A stretch of DNA of 32,000 bases from assembly GCA_048939465.1 (NCBI GenBank), contig JBHLPL010000001.1, forward strand, positions 64,684 through 96,683, in the 5' to 3' direction. Made by a program: the position numbers and the translations under genes. Source of the DNA: Promethearchaeota archaeon. Lineage in GTDB: Archaea; Asgardarchaeota; Odinarchaeia; Odinarchaeales; JBHLKK01. Positions within the stretch are counted from its first letter, which is position 1; every line of letters begins with the position of its first letter. The notes beneath the pieces were generated by a model that did no database searches, was not told where the DNA came from, and was given only the letters and a program-made list of their open reading frames with translations. This document shows, one piece after another, positions 9,001 through 16,780 of this stretch.

Positions 9001-9980
9001 ACACAATTGCTGTTATATTTGAGAAATCGAATTATGAGGCAAGAACTGCTACATTCAATCTGAAGGTACTCGGGAGACCCGCAGATTTTGAAACCGTCAG
9101 TTCATCCGTTTCAGCTGCTCACGGTAATGAGGCAACATTCAGCTTCCACATTTCAGATGCTCTAACCGGTCTTCCTCTTGAAAATGTGTCCATAGTCCTA
9201 GACTGTAGCATAAATCCGGCATATTTGTCTTGGATTAATGGTAGTGGATGGTATAACCTAACCATACTCACTGCAAATCTTTCGCCCGGTTCATACGATA
9301 TCAAATTGGTCATTACTCAATCAAACTACACAACTGAAGTCGAAAACGTTCATATGACCGTTGAATATGAAAGAATCCTTGGGATGCCTTGGCCTTCATT
9401 TATTCTAATGATTTCATTCATAGCTGGTGCCGTTGCTGCTACTGGGGGCCTTTTCAGATTCTACACTTGGAAGAAAGTACCGCCTCTTGTCAGGAACATC
9501 AATAAGAGCCTCAAACACATGCAGCAAGGAGAAGTTGTAAACATAAAAAAGACGTTTCCAGACACAAAGGATAGGGACTATGTTCTCGGAGAATTCCTGA
9601 ACGAAGAGCTGGAGATTCTGGGAATAAGATCTGCAGCCTATGGGGAAGAAGGTTCTCAACTGCTCTCCATAGTTTCGGCGGCGACTTCATCCGAAACCGA
9701 AACAACGGAGTCTGAAACGCAGGTTATCAGGGCAGCGGAATCTGAGACTTTGCCTGAACCGGAAGCAACACAACCTGAAATGAAGGAATCTGAAGCAATG
9801 CCAAAAGAACCAGTCGAAGAACTTGAGGTAACCAAGGAACCTGAAATAGAGAAACCGGAGAAGAAAAAGCCTTACTCGGCAAAAGCCGGACCTAAGAGGC
9901 TAAAGACCAAGAAAACAGAAAAGAGAGAATCGAAATCAAGGTCAGGGAAGTCAAAGGCAAAAAACAAGGTGCAGAAATAA
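6024..9980 (+). CDS. Large type I membrane surface glycoprotein (DUF2341-like N-terminus, beta-sandwich/Ig-like repeats, C-terminal TM helix, cytoplasmic tail)
   Basis: Signal peptide (KRKNLLISLVFTLFLISTLSS), WWNYNWNQRVPVMIN...FYVYFD DUF2341-like block, about 40 N-x-S/T sequons counted by eye, one TM (WPSFILMISFIAGAVAATGGLF), then an acidic/Pro and Lys-rich tail. Confidence 0.85.
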   Translation: MVVMQAKRKNLLISLVFTLFLISTLSSITVPPVTASPDTADWWNYNWNQRVPVMINTTGHNTSDIPIKIEGINFTQLLLDLGVGSPHDNNSVRVVEWNVASELNTELPSLFAPAGTYDSSSNAVGDVYWTMNGTTLENTNRTFYVYFDTTDAPGGPKSPPSYSVDPRLPEGIAYVRNAKDDISYESAQQLAAEYGLAQAALFNESVKSGSHYRSGSGWQNNSIDLVPDDYSMIILGSDSLDGGEIPGKLDIDSQFRSNLEAFIAGGGILVIQQITSSDPAQPLTGIQFTSSHGESYKKPLQQHEITTNPNNIRTENLNSLSDGFDKITDSTRYSSIANVTDNGGGPTGHRIRIIQRGAGYVIVEVLGWTSTGDIDKWKQIFENYLNYHINHTKDSLAITVGSQAEYSLINDVTVVVTNHEGLFVPDANVTMVNTTAQANNLSGYNQWALTDSNGQVFFPDVPDNNYNVTATYVTNMGDSTGILNDTFSNFNINYTQTLNLKVNITRLLVNITDVDNMTQYDLIPNWAEHYIVGLFNQSDGSPMANTTTTTLYESGGINWLVGELWWHNSSDNHVIKVLYEHPDYSNTLTLNETSNIQLDVSTSFNVNVSMTRLTVFARGYPTIDPLVNVVLELSNDTQAIANVTADDSGAVVFYWRTQPSQNYSIRAFYFDTLVSFIKFHESWSDWNESVSLPLPNATEKLIDIQLGAEYETDLVLTAFTPDVTYGDNVTVTVYFNVTSPSPRPVTGATARCYLRVGTTDIFMETMTEAGSGYYTLTFNTTHYGGIIGDENIEYRILVIVEKSGYTSPTPIFTDLTIRGLATTLDCSISPETIYWGDLITVDVTYEDLEDATVSYIIGSWDSGVFSDLGNGNYRTSIDTSKSSFWGDYILKITAEKPNYEMKYAEIALRINQIQTLINGSRILVTSPISVYAMEDSLIHFNYTTAGNIGINSTVHQYYWESISSGSGYGDLSYLGNGMYGLDFDTSNRFVDEYTIAVIFEKSNYEARTATFNLKVLGRPADFETVSSSVSAAHGNEATFSFHISDALTGLPLENVSIVLDCSINPAYLSWINGSGWYNLTILTANLSPGSYDIKLVITQSNYTTEVENVHMTVEYERILGMPWPSFILMISFIAGAVAATGGLFRFYTWKKVPPLVRNINKSLKHMQQGEVVNIKKTFPDTKDRDYVLGEFLNEELEILGIRSAAYGEEGSQLLSIVSAATSSETETTESETQVIRAAESETLPEPEATQPEMKESEAMPKEPVEELEVTKEPEIEKPEKKKPYSAKAGPKRLKTKKTEKRESKSRSGKSKAKNKVQK

Positions 9981-10053
9981 GGGACGCCTAAGGTGCCCCC
10001 TGAATCAATTTAAACCTCGGAGCGAACCCCCTCATTCCTATTTTCCTGTTTAC

Positions 10054-10800
10054 TTATGAGTTTTTACTTGCCTTGCCTCCTAGCCCGGGAAAGTAGTACT
10101 TTTCTCCTCTTGAATAGCTAGGATCCATTCTGGTAACCTTGGCTTTTTTTAATGCCTCTAATGCTCTTTTGACTCTGGTCTCGTTCCACCCGGTTTTCAC
10201 CATGATTTCCTCAGGAGTCGTCCAGCCTTTCTCGCTTGCAATGTTCAATATCTCATTCTGATCATTTCCCAGCTCCACAGAAATGAATTGAACAACCTTC
10301 ACGTCTGACTTCAACTTCATGATTCCTGGTATCATATCTTCTTCTTCCATTTTCCTTATGGCCTTCATAACATCCTCTACTGATATCTTTCCCTTGATCA
10401 TTCCTGTGTTGACCAATAAAACAGCTTCTGGAATTGTCATAATTCCACCTGTTTCTTGCCTTCTCATCAGGGCTCTCTGATAAAGAAGCAAACCCAGTTT
10501 CTCATGATCAACTTTAGTTCTGAAAAATCCCTTCCTCACCACATCCTCTTCTCTCACAATCTGGGTAATAATAGCGCTTTTGGGAATACCGAACTTCTTT
10601 CTAATCTTTTCAACTTCCGAGCGGAACTCGGGATTTATGTCGAGCAGGATTCCATACTTCTTGACTATCTCTACCAGCTTTTCCCTCGTACGCTTGGCCA
10701 TTTCAAGCTCGCTTGCCATATTCTGAAGTCTCAACTCAACGCCTTTTTCTTCCAAGGCTCGTTTTGCTCTCATCTCCTTCTCAATTTCGTAAAGACCCAA
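10054..10800 (-). CDS. vps22: ESCRT-II Vps22 (EAP30/SNF8)-like protein
   Basis: Vps22-type N-terminus (MGLYEI...INPEFRSEV..IRKKFGI), GGIMTIPE winged helix, GWNETRVKRAL..L and D.SYSRGEKYYFPG ending. TTG start abuts the vps28 stop. Confidence 0.9.
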   Translation of the reverse strand: MGLYEIEKEMRAKRALEEKGVELRLQNMASELEMAKRTREKLVEIVKKYGILLDINPEFRSEVEKIRKKFGIPKSAIITQIVREEDVVRKGFFRTKVDHEKLGLLLYQRALMRRQETGGIMTIPEAVLLVNTGMIKGKISVEDVMKAIRKMEEEDMIPGIMKLKSDVKVVQFISVELGNDQNEILNIASEKGWTTPEEIMVKTGWNETRVKRALEALKKAKVTRMDPSYSRGEKYYFPGLGGKASKNS

Positions 10801-11598
10801 TCAAACGCCCCCCTCGGACACTTCCTTCAGCTTAGCTTCAAAGTCTTTAAGCCATCTATCCGCTTGGAACCCAAGCCTTTCGGCCTCCTCTTCACTGACA
10901 GTCTCGCTTGGTTTTCGAGACTTAAGCCTGTCGCGCCATTCTTCAATCTCCTTGATAACCCAGTACTTCGCATTGAATCCAGGAAATCTCTTCATAATAC
11001 TCAGAAGCTCGTCTAGTCGTGGAACAAGCATATCAACTCTTGCTACGTCCTTCAGTCTTGTAAGATCCATCACAGTAATCAGATTCGTTGTGATGTCGAG
11101 CGTTTTAGAAGCGACTGTTGCAGGAGAAGCTGTCAAAATCTCTAGAAGAGCGCCTGTCTCACCCTCTGCAAGTTTTAGTTTATTGATCGCCAAAGGAAAC
11201 TCCCTTACTATTCCTTCATCTTCCAAGAACTTGGCAACGTCGATATTCAGTTCTTCCAATCTGCCTTTAGCCTTGAATGCGCCTGTCATTAGCGCTCGGA
11301 CTTGACGCTTGTACATTGCTGGCTCTATTCTGGCTTCCTTGAAACTCTCGATTATGGATTCCAGTGTTGCGATGCATGCATAGAGTTCTGCCTGTTTGTC
11401 AAGAACGTATTTTCTCTGGGAAGGACTGAGCCTCTGAAGTGCTTCAGACTCCCCCCCTCGAACCGACTCGCTTAGTGTCGATTTGTATTCCGACGCAGTT
11501 GAGCTGTTTTCAAGGGGCTCTTTTGGGGCTTCTTCTTTTTTCTTTTCCTTTCTTTTCTTTTCTGCCTCGGATGTTTCACGCTTTCTGGTTACTTCCAT
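10801..11598 (-). CDS. vps28: ESCRT-I Vps28, full length (N-terminal core plus C-terminal four-helix bundle)
   Basis: QAELYACIATLESI..F....I....Y N-domain motif; ITVMDLTRL...VDMLVPRLDEL...EWRDRL...EEAERLGFQ C-domain motif. ATG 11598 follows GGTGA SD (ORF track starts at 11607). Confidence 0.9.
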   Translation of the reverse strand: MEVTRKRETSEAEKKRKEKKKEEAPKEPLENSSTASEYKSTLSESVRGGESEALQRLSPSQRKYVLDKQAELYACIATLESIIESFKEARIEPAMYKRQVRALMTGAFKAKGRLEELNIDVAKFLEDEGIVREFPLAINKLKLAEGETGALLEILTASPATVASKTLDITTNLITVMDLTRLKDVARVDMLVPRLDELLSIMKRFPGFNAKYWVIKEIEEWRDRLKSRKPSETVSEEEAERLGFQADRWLKDFEAKLKEVSEGGV

Positions 11599-11628
11599 CC
11601 CGTTCACCAGCGAGTGAGAAAAAGAATA

Positions 11629-12384
11629 TTACTTCTTCAGTTCCTCAAGCTTCTTGGTAACCAAATACAAGTCTTTCTTATAACGTTTATAGAGCTTACC
11701 ATACTCTACGTCGCTGATTTCGCCCGATTCGTACTTCATCTCGAGGTTTTGCAGGAGGTCCTCAGTTGCGATCTTTTCACCCTCAAGGTCCAATATCCTC
11801 TCTTCTTTTGGGTCGCCAAGTTTGGGGGCCTCATGTTGGCCTGAAAGCGAAATGCTTCGAGCGTCCATCGCTCCGCGTATTCTGGCCAGTTCCTCGTCCT
11901 TTTTCTGCATAACATCTCTCAATCTTAACGTTTCTCTCTCAAGGTTCAGAACCTTTGATTGGAGTTGTCTAACGCCTTCCGAAACCGCGGCTGTAGGTTC
12001 CAGAGCAGTTGTGGCTGTTGCGGGGGCAGAAACATATATGGGTCTGGGCGGCTTACGTGCAAAGAGACCTTTCAGTGTATTGACAACCTGATGGATGTGA
12101 TATTCTGGACGCCATTCGGAGAGTATTTTCAGGCTAACTTCTCCGGATTGCCTATTGATCTGGGGGTGATCTGTCGGCGTAATCATTTTCACACTAGGCG
12201 CTGACCTTGGAAAGTCATCAGGTAATGCTATCTCAACTTCGAATCTCCTCTTCGCGTGTTGTCCTCTACCCGGTATGGAACCTCTCCAAAGCCTCAGGTT
12301 TCCTCTGACTGGAGTAAATTCCTGCGCTCGTCTGTACATGAGTTGGGCTTCTTTAGCAACAATCAATTCAGCATCTTCAGACAA
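11629..12384 (-). CDS. vps23: ESCRT-I Vps23/TSG101-like protein: UEV domain, linker, coiled coil, steadiness box
   Basis: UBC fold (LPDDFP..PSVKMITPTDHPQI..SGEVSLKIL..W.P) with Ser in place of the catalytic Cys. Coiled coil LQSKVLNLERE; steadiness-box-like ATEDLLQNL...GEISDVEYGKLYK. TTG 12384 follows GGAGG (ORF track starts at 12426). Confidence 0.85.
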   Translation of the reverse strand: MSEDAELIVAKEAQLMYRRAQEFTPVRGNLRLWRGSIPGRGQHAKRRFEVEIALPDDFPRSAPSVKMITPTDHPQINRQSGEVSLKILSEWRPEYHIHQVVNTLKGLFARKPPRPIYVSAPATATTALEPTAAVSEGVRQLQSKVLNLERETLRLRDVMQKKDEELARIRGAMDARSISLSGQHEAPKLGDPKEERILDLEGEKIATEDLLQNLEMKYESGEISDVEYGKLYKRYKKDLYLVTKKLEELKK

Positions 12385-12480
12385 GTGATTGCCTCCCTTT
12401 TGGGTTTTTTCAAGAATAATTATCAAGAACAGACATAAAAACTCTTGCCATATTGTGCTTCTCAGAAGGAAAAGGAATGA

Positions 12481-13824
12481 TTATTTCAGAAACTTCTTTT
12501 CAAACGAATTGACTACTTCTTCAAGGTTTGGTCTACCAATCTCTTGGAGTTCGTACCTGACCCTTACAGTCGGTTTGTCAATTCTGATAATCCTGGTTAA
12601 ATCTATTGGCGTTCCTATTACAACAACATCACAGTCGGCCGCATTGATCGTGTCCTCAAGATCTTTTATTTGCTCTTCGCCGTAGCCTACAGCAGGCAGC
12701 ACTTTACCTATGTGTGGGTATTTCTCAAAAATCCTTTTGATAGATCCAGTGGAATAAGGACGGGGGTCAATAACTTCTGCTTCAAGTTCTCGAGCCATGA
12801 TCATGCCCGCGCCGTAAGCCATACCGCCGTGTGTTACGCTCGGACCGTCTTCGATGACCAAAACCCGCCTTCCTTTTATCGACTGATCTTTATCTATGGA
12901 CTTCTTCATAACCGCCCTAATTATCGTTGCCTTTGGATTCACGTGTTCTATATTATTCCTCACATATTCTACGTTTTTTTGGGCCGCAGTATCTACCTTA
13001 TTGATTATTACCACGTCTGCCATCCTGAGATTTGCCTCGCCAGGATGATAAGTAATCTCATGGCCTGGTCTGTGAGGATCTGTTATCACGATATGTAAGT
13101 CGGGTTTGATAAATGGCAAGTCATTATTGCCTCCATCCCAAATAATTACGTCTGCCTCTGCCTCTGCCTCTCTCAGAATCCTTTCATAATCTACGCCGGA
13201 ATAAACTACAATTCCTTGTTCTATGTGTGGGGCATAATCTTCCCTTTCCTCAATTGTGCAGTCATATTTATCCAGATCTTCGAAAGTCGCAAATCTCTGA
13301 CTTATTTGGTTTATTAAGTCTCCATAAGGCATTGGGTGCCTTATGACAACAGTGCGATATCCCTTACTCCGCAATATCCTACTCACTCTCCGCGTTGTTG
13401 GTGATTTTCCGGCTCCGGTTCTGACTGCGCACACAGAAATAACCGGTTTTCTGGATGTCAGTGCTGTGCTTTTGAGACCCATCAGTCTGAAATCTGGGCC
13501 ACATGAAAGCACGATAGAAGCTTTATGCATTACTTCCACATGAGAAAGATCACTGTATGCCAGAACTACTTGGTCTACATCATGTTCTTTTATTAGATTT
13601 GGCAAATCCTCCTCGGGATATATAGGAATCCCATTGGGGTAATTCGGACCAGCTAACTTGGGATGATACAATCTGTTGGCAATATTGGGTATTTGAGACG
13701 CTGTAAATGCGATGACGCGATATCTTTTGTCGTTCCTGAAGTATACGTTGAAATTGTGGAAGTCCCTTCCCGCAGCACCCATTATGACTACTTTTATCTG
13801 TTTCACCAACCTCACCAACTTCAA
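12481..13824 (-). CDS. Cyclic 2,3-diphosphoglycerate synthetase-like P-loop NTPase (COG2403-type)
   Basis: IMGAAGRDFHNFN, AFTA.QIP.I, RTGAGKS, RHPMPYG, TIEEREDY, DGGNND, EDGPSVTHGGM motifs. The real start is probably TTG/GTG at 13809/13806. The actual substrate is uncertain. Confidence 0.8.
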   Translation of the reverse strand: MKLVRLVKQIKVVIMGAAGRDFHNFNVYFRNDKRYRVIAFTASQIPNIANRLYHPKLAGPNYPNGIPIYPEEDLPNLIKEHDVDQVVLAYSDLSHVEVMHKASIVLSCGPDFRLMGLKSTALTSRKPVISVCAVRTGAGKSPTTRRVSRILRSKGYRTVVIRHPMPYGDLINQISQRFATFEDLDKYDCTIEEREDYAPHIEQGIVVYSGVDYERILREAEAEADVIIWDGGNNDLPFIKPDLHIVITDPHRPGHEITYHPGEANLRMADVVIINKVDTAAQKNVEYVRNNIEHVNPKATIIRAVMKKSIDKDQSIKGRRVLVIEDGPSVTHGGMAYGAGMIMARELEAEVIDPRPYSTGSIKRIFEKYPHIGKVLPAVGYGEEQIKDLEDTINAADCDVVVIGTPIDLTRIIRIDKPTVRVRYELQEIGRPNLEEVVNSFEKKFLK

Positions 13825-14144
13825 CCCTATTTGATAGGAGACGGTCTACCAAAGATTGGGGATGAAAATTGCCGAGTATTTATGTCCTTCTTCTTTATAT
13901 ATTTTTGACACTTGAAATTCCGGGCATTTCTAATTCCGAAATAGGAGAATCAGATCCTTGATCGGTAATCAGTGTATATGGATTCGATCTATCAAGATTC
14001 CAAAAAAAGGAAAATCTTCTTGACGCTCTTCCCTATCGGCGGGTAGAATTGGCGCAGTCTGCGCACCCAGAAAAGAAGCAAACTACTCCCCCCTTCAGGA
14101 AGGAGTCTCCTTGAGGTGGTTTAGATGGATTCTCCAATTAATGA

Positions 14145-14669
14145 CTACTCACTCTGGGTTTTCAACTTCGTAAAAAGTTGCTTTAACTCCATGTTTAGTG
14201 CTCTTCGGACATTTACTGGACTGATAGGTATTGCGGGTCTGGGCGGCTCAGCTGCTCCTTGTGCGGCCACAGGAGTAGCTCCGCCTGTAGCTGCGGGTGC
14301 AACTCCAGGAGCAGTAGCGGGGGTAGGTGACGGTGAAGCTGAGGCAGACGTAGAGGCTGGAGCCGTTGGCGATACTGCTGAAGGTCTTATTGCGGTCTCT
14401 GCAGGTTTCCCAGCGGCCCCTTGGGAAACGGTACTTGCAGTGACTGGAAGAGAGACTCGAGACTCAATCGAGTTAATCCTACTCTCTATTACGCCTATTT
14501 TGATTTCGAGGTTCTTGGACAGACTATTCAGGTTTTGCTCCAGCATATCAATGGCGTTTATAACGATTTCCATAACTCTGCTTAGTATCGTACTAATTTC
14601 CTGGATACGCTTTGGTTGTGACAGCGTTTCATCAATAAGCCTTACGAAGTCTTCTCCCATATCGAACAC
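14145..14669 (-). CDS. Hypothetical protein: N-terminal coiled coil, Ala/Pro/Thr/Ser-rich linker with PTAP, C-terminal amphipathic helix
   Basis: Heptads (LEQNLNSLSKNLEIKIGVIESRINSIESRV), low-complexity linker, terminal helix RRALNMELKQLFTKLK. Starts 15 bp after the DedA stop. Confidence 0.75.
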   Translation of the reverse strand: MFDMGEDFVRLIDETLSQPKRIQEISTILSRVMEIVINAIDMLEQNLNSLSKNLEIKIGVIESRINSIESRVSLPVTASTVSQGAAGKPAETAIRPSAVSPTAPASTSASASPSPTPATAPGVAPAATGGATPVAAQGAAEPPRPAIPISPVNVRRALNMELKQLFTKLKTQSE

Positions 14670-14684
14670 CGTCTATGATTATCA

Positions 14685-15527
14685 CTAAACTTTGCGGTTT
14701 ATAATCTTTTCTTTTGTATGACTAATAATCATCGCTGTCTTTTTCCCTTCTTCTTTCCTCCTGTCCGAGGCAACCTCGTGGTTAGTGTTTTGGGTCTCTT
14801 TTGCTTCCATCTTCTCCCCCGAGATCTCTTCCTTTCTTTTCTCCTTGGTTATGAATGAACCCCAATCTATTCTGAGCATCAGATAGACCAATAGAATCGT
14901 TCCCAAAATTCCTATCACGGTACCTGCTGTGCCCCCGCCTCCAAATAATGCTTCAACCAGCGGCCGGAAAAACCTCCCTCCGTAAGCCAAGATTGCGCAT
15001 AGAACTATCTTCCCCAAAATGGCTGCGACAACCGCTTTGACAATGCTATACTTCATTACGCCTACAGGGATAAGAAGCATATCATCAGGTAAAGGCGTAG
15101 CTGCGAACAAGAATATTGCTGCAAATCCATACTTCTCAATTAACTTCTTCATGGATTCTATTCTCTTACCGTATTTTTCTTCGATTAGCTCCCTTCCTCC
15201 CCGCCCTATCGCATAGGCGCTCAATTCTCCAATAGCTGCGCCAAATCCGCAGACTAATGCAAGTATCAGCGGCTCAATAAACTCCTGGGTTCCCAGAAGG
15301 ATTACAGCCAGAGCGTAGGGAACGGGTAGGAAAACTGTGAAGTTGCCAAAGGTGGATATTAGGAAGGCCCCGAAATAGACAGACAGTGGACTTCCCACAG
15401 CAAAGTTGAACATCCCAATCGTTAAGCTGTCAAAGAAATTGGCAATAGCTTCTATTGAAAACAGAACCACCAATGCTATTCCGGTGATTACAAAAGCTAT
15501 TATGAAAATAATGTCTCGACGTTCCAT
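14685..15527 (-). CDS. DedA/VTT (SNARE-associated Golgi protein, Tvp38/TMEM41-like) membrane protein
   Basis: FLPVPY re-entrant helix, GAAIGELSAYAIGRGG, FLFAATPLPDDMLLIPVG, GKIV motifs; several TM segments. Confidence 0.9.
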   Translation of the reverse strand: MERRDIIFIIAFVITGIALVVLFSIEAIANFFDSLTIGMFNFAVGSPLSVYFGAFLISTFGNFTVFLPVPYALAVILLGTQEFIEPLILALVCGFGAAIGELSAYAIGRGGRELIEEKYGKRIESMKKLIEKYGFAAIFLFAATPLPDDMLLIPVGVMKYSIVKAVVAAILGKIVLCAILAYGGRFFRPLVEALFGGGGTAGTVIGILGTILLVYLMLRIDWGSFITKEKRKEEISGEKMEAKETQNTNHEVASDRRKEEGKKTAMIISHTKEKIINRKV

Positions 15528-15597
15528 GCTTCATCCGCTCGGTCTGCATCGCGATATGTATAACGTGATGTATAGTAATATAAGCCAATAAGCATAT

Positions 15598-16563
15598 ATG
15601 ACTATTTCCACTCCGAATTCTCCGTTAACCTTGATGGAGGATATACTGCTGGCAGAGCTTAAGGCCCTTGTAGAAATAATTCGGTTGCCCAATTGCCTCA
15701 TGGGTAGCTTGACCACGTCGATTTCCGTATTGACAGTAGACAGCATCCTAGACCTGACAGCCGGAGTAAGCCTGTCCGCTGTTAGCCTCATCTGGTTGCT
15801 TGTTATTGCCTATATTACTTACGTCTTTGCAGCGGCTGCAGGGAACGTTGTAAATGACGTATTCGATATCGAAGTAGACAGGATAAATCGGCCAAATCGG
15901 GTGCTTCCAAGAAGAGCACTAACTGTGCGTCAAGCTAAGATATACACAATTCTGCTTTGGCTGGCCTGTTCATTCTGCGCCTTCTTAACAAGCATCCCGG
16001 CTGGAATTATTGCTACAACCTTTTCACTAGTTGGTTTCGGTTATGCATCAAGGGCCAAACTGCTAGGAATATGGGGGAACTTCACCGTTTCGTTTTCTTT
16101 TGCCTTTGGTTTGATTTACGGCTCTCTAATAACTTATTATGCCGCTTTGGGCACGCTGGGTCTCCCCCTCCTAATATGGCTTTACTTCTTCACGGCGTTC
16201 TTTATCCTTCAGGGCAGAGAAGTGATTAAGGGGATGGAGGATGTTGAGGGTGACCGAGTGAGGGGTGTGAAAACCGTAGCTTTGGTTTACGGCTTTAGGA
16301 GGGCATCTATCGTGGCTGCTCTTTTCAATATCATAAGCATGATTTGCTTCACAGCCGCGTGGTTTCTGAGTTGGTCCGGCTGGTCGTCCTTACCAAATAT
16401 CTGGTACACCGTTTTTCTATTACCCGGCGATGGTATTGTGCTGGCTTCTACAATCTTGATCTTAATGAAATCATCTTCATCTTCAGCTCAGAATAGAGCC
16501 AGTTTCTATTCCAAAATAGGAAGTCTCCTAGGTCTGTTGGCATTCTTGGTAGGAGCACTATAA
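15598..16563 (+). CDS. UbiA-family prenyltransferase, probably digeranylgeranylglyceryl-phosphate (DGGGP) synthase
   Basis: IRLPNC, GNVVNDVFDIEVDRINRPNRVLP first Asp-rich motif, REVIKGMEDVEGD..G..T second motif, multiple TMs. The start is probably at or after 15634. Confidence 0.88.
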   Translation: MTISTPNSPLTLMEDILLAELKALVEIIRLPNCLMGSLTTSISVLTVDSILDLTAGVSLSAVSLIWLLVIAYITYVFAAAAGNVVNDVFDIEVDRINRPNRVLPRRALTVRQAKIYTILLWLACSFCAFLTSIPAGIIATTFSLVGFGYASRAKLLGIWGNFTVSFSFAFGLIYGSLITYYAALGTLGLPLLIWLYFFTAFFILQGREVIKGMEDVEGDRVRGVKTVALVYGFRRASIVAALFNIISMICFTAAWFLSWSGWSSLPNIWYTVFLLPGDGIVLASTILILMKSSSSSAQNRASFYSKIGSLLGLLAFLVGAL

Positions 16564-16573
16564 ACGGTTTTCT

Positions 16574-16606
16574 GAGAGTCTGCGCATCTCGAATTGCGTA
16601 GTTCTC
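16574..16606 (+). terminator. Imperfect 12-bp hairpin just after the DGGGP synthase stop
   Basis: GAGAGTCTGCGCA-tctcgaat-TGCGTAGTTCTC pairs with one bulge and two G-U pairs. No U-tract follows. Confidence 0.3.
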
Positions 16607-16780
16607 AACATAAAGCTGATTTCATTAAAGATTCAACATTAAAACCTACTGCGTCTCGTAATGTTTTTATACTATTATGACAATAATTTATGTAGCTAAA
16701 CTACAAAATTGGGAACCTCTCGATGATGTGTCTGCTGAGTGACCTAGAAACTCTACACTAATCATTGTGAGGGATATGCA

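Noticed and set aside
11629-12426. Active E2 ubiquitin-conjugating enzyme, and the ORF-track N-terminus MIIILEKTQKGGNH
   Set aside because: The catalytic Cys is Ser, the C-terminus is Vps23-like, and the 'GGNH' codons are simply the SD and spacer.
14000-14100. yybP-ykoY (Mn) riboswitch, from minus-strand GGGGAGTAG and CGTCAA
   Set aside because: The pairing GCAAGACC element is absent and the downstream gene is not a metal transporter.
14125-14688. 187-aa plus-strand ORF
   Set aside because: Antisense shadow of the low-complexity PTAP protein, with no SD or family motifs.
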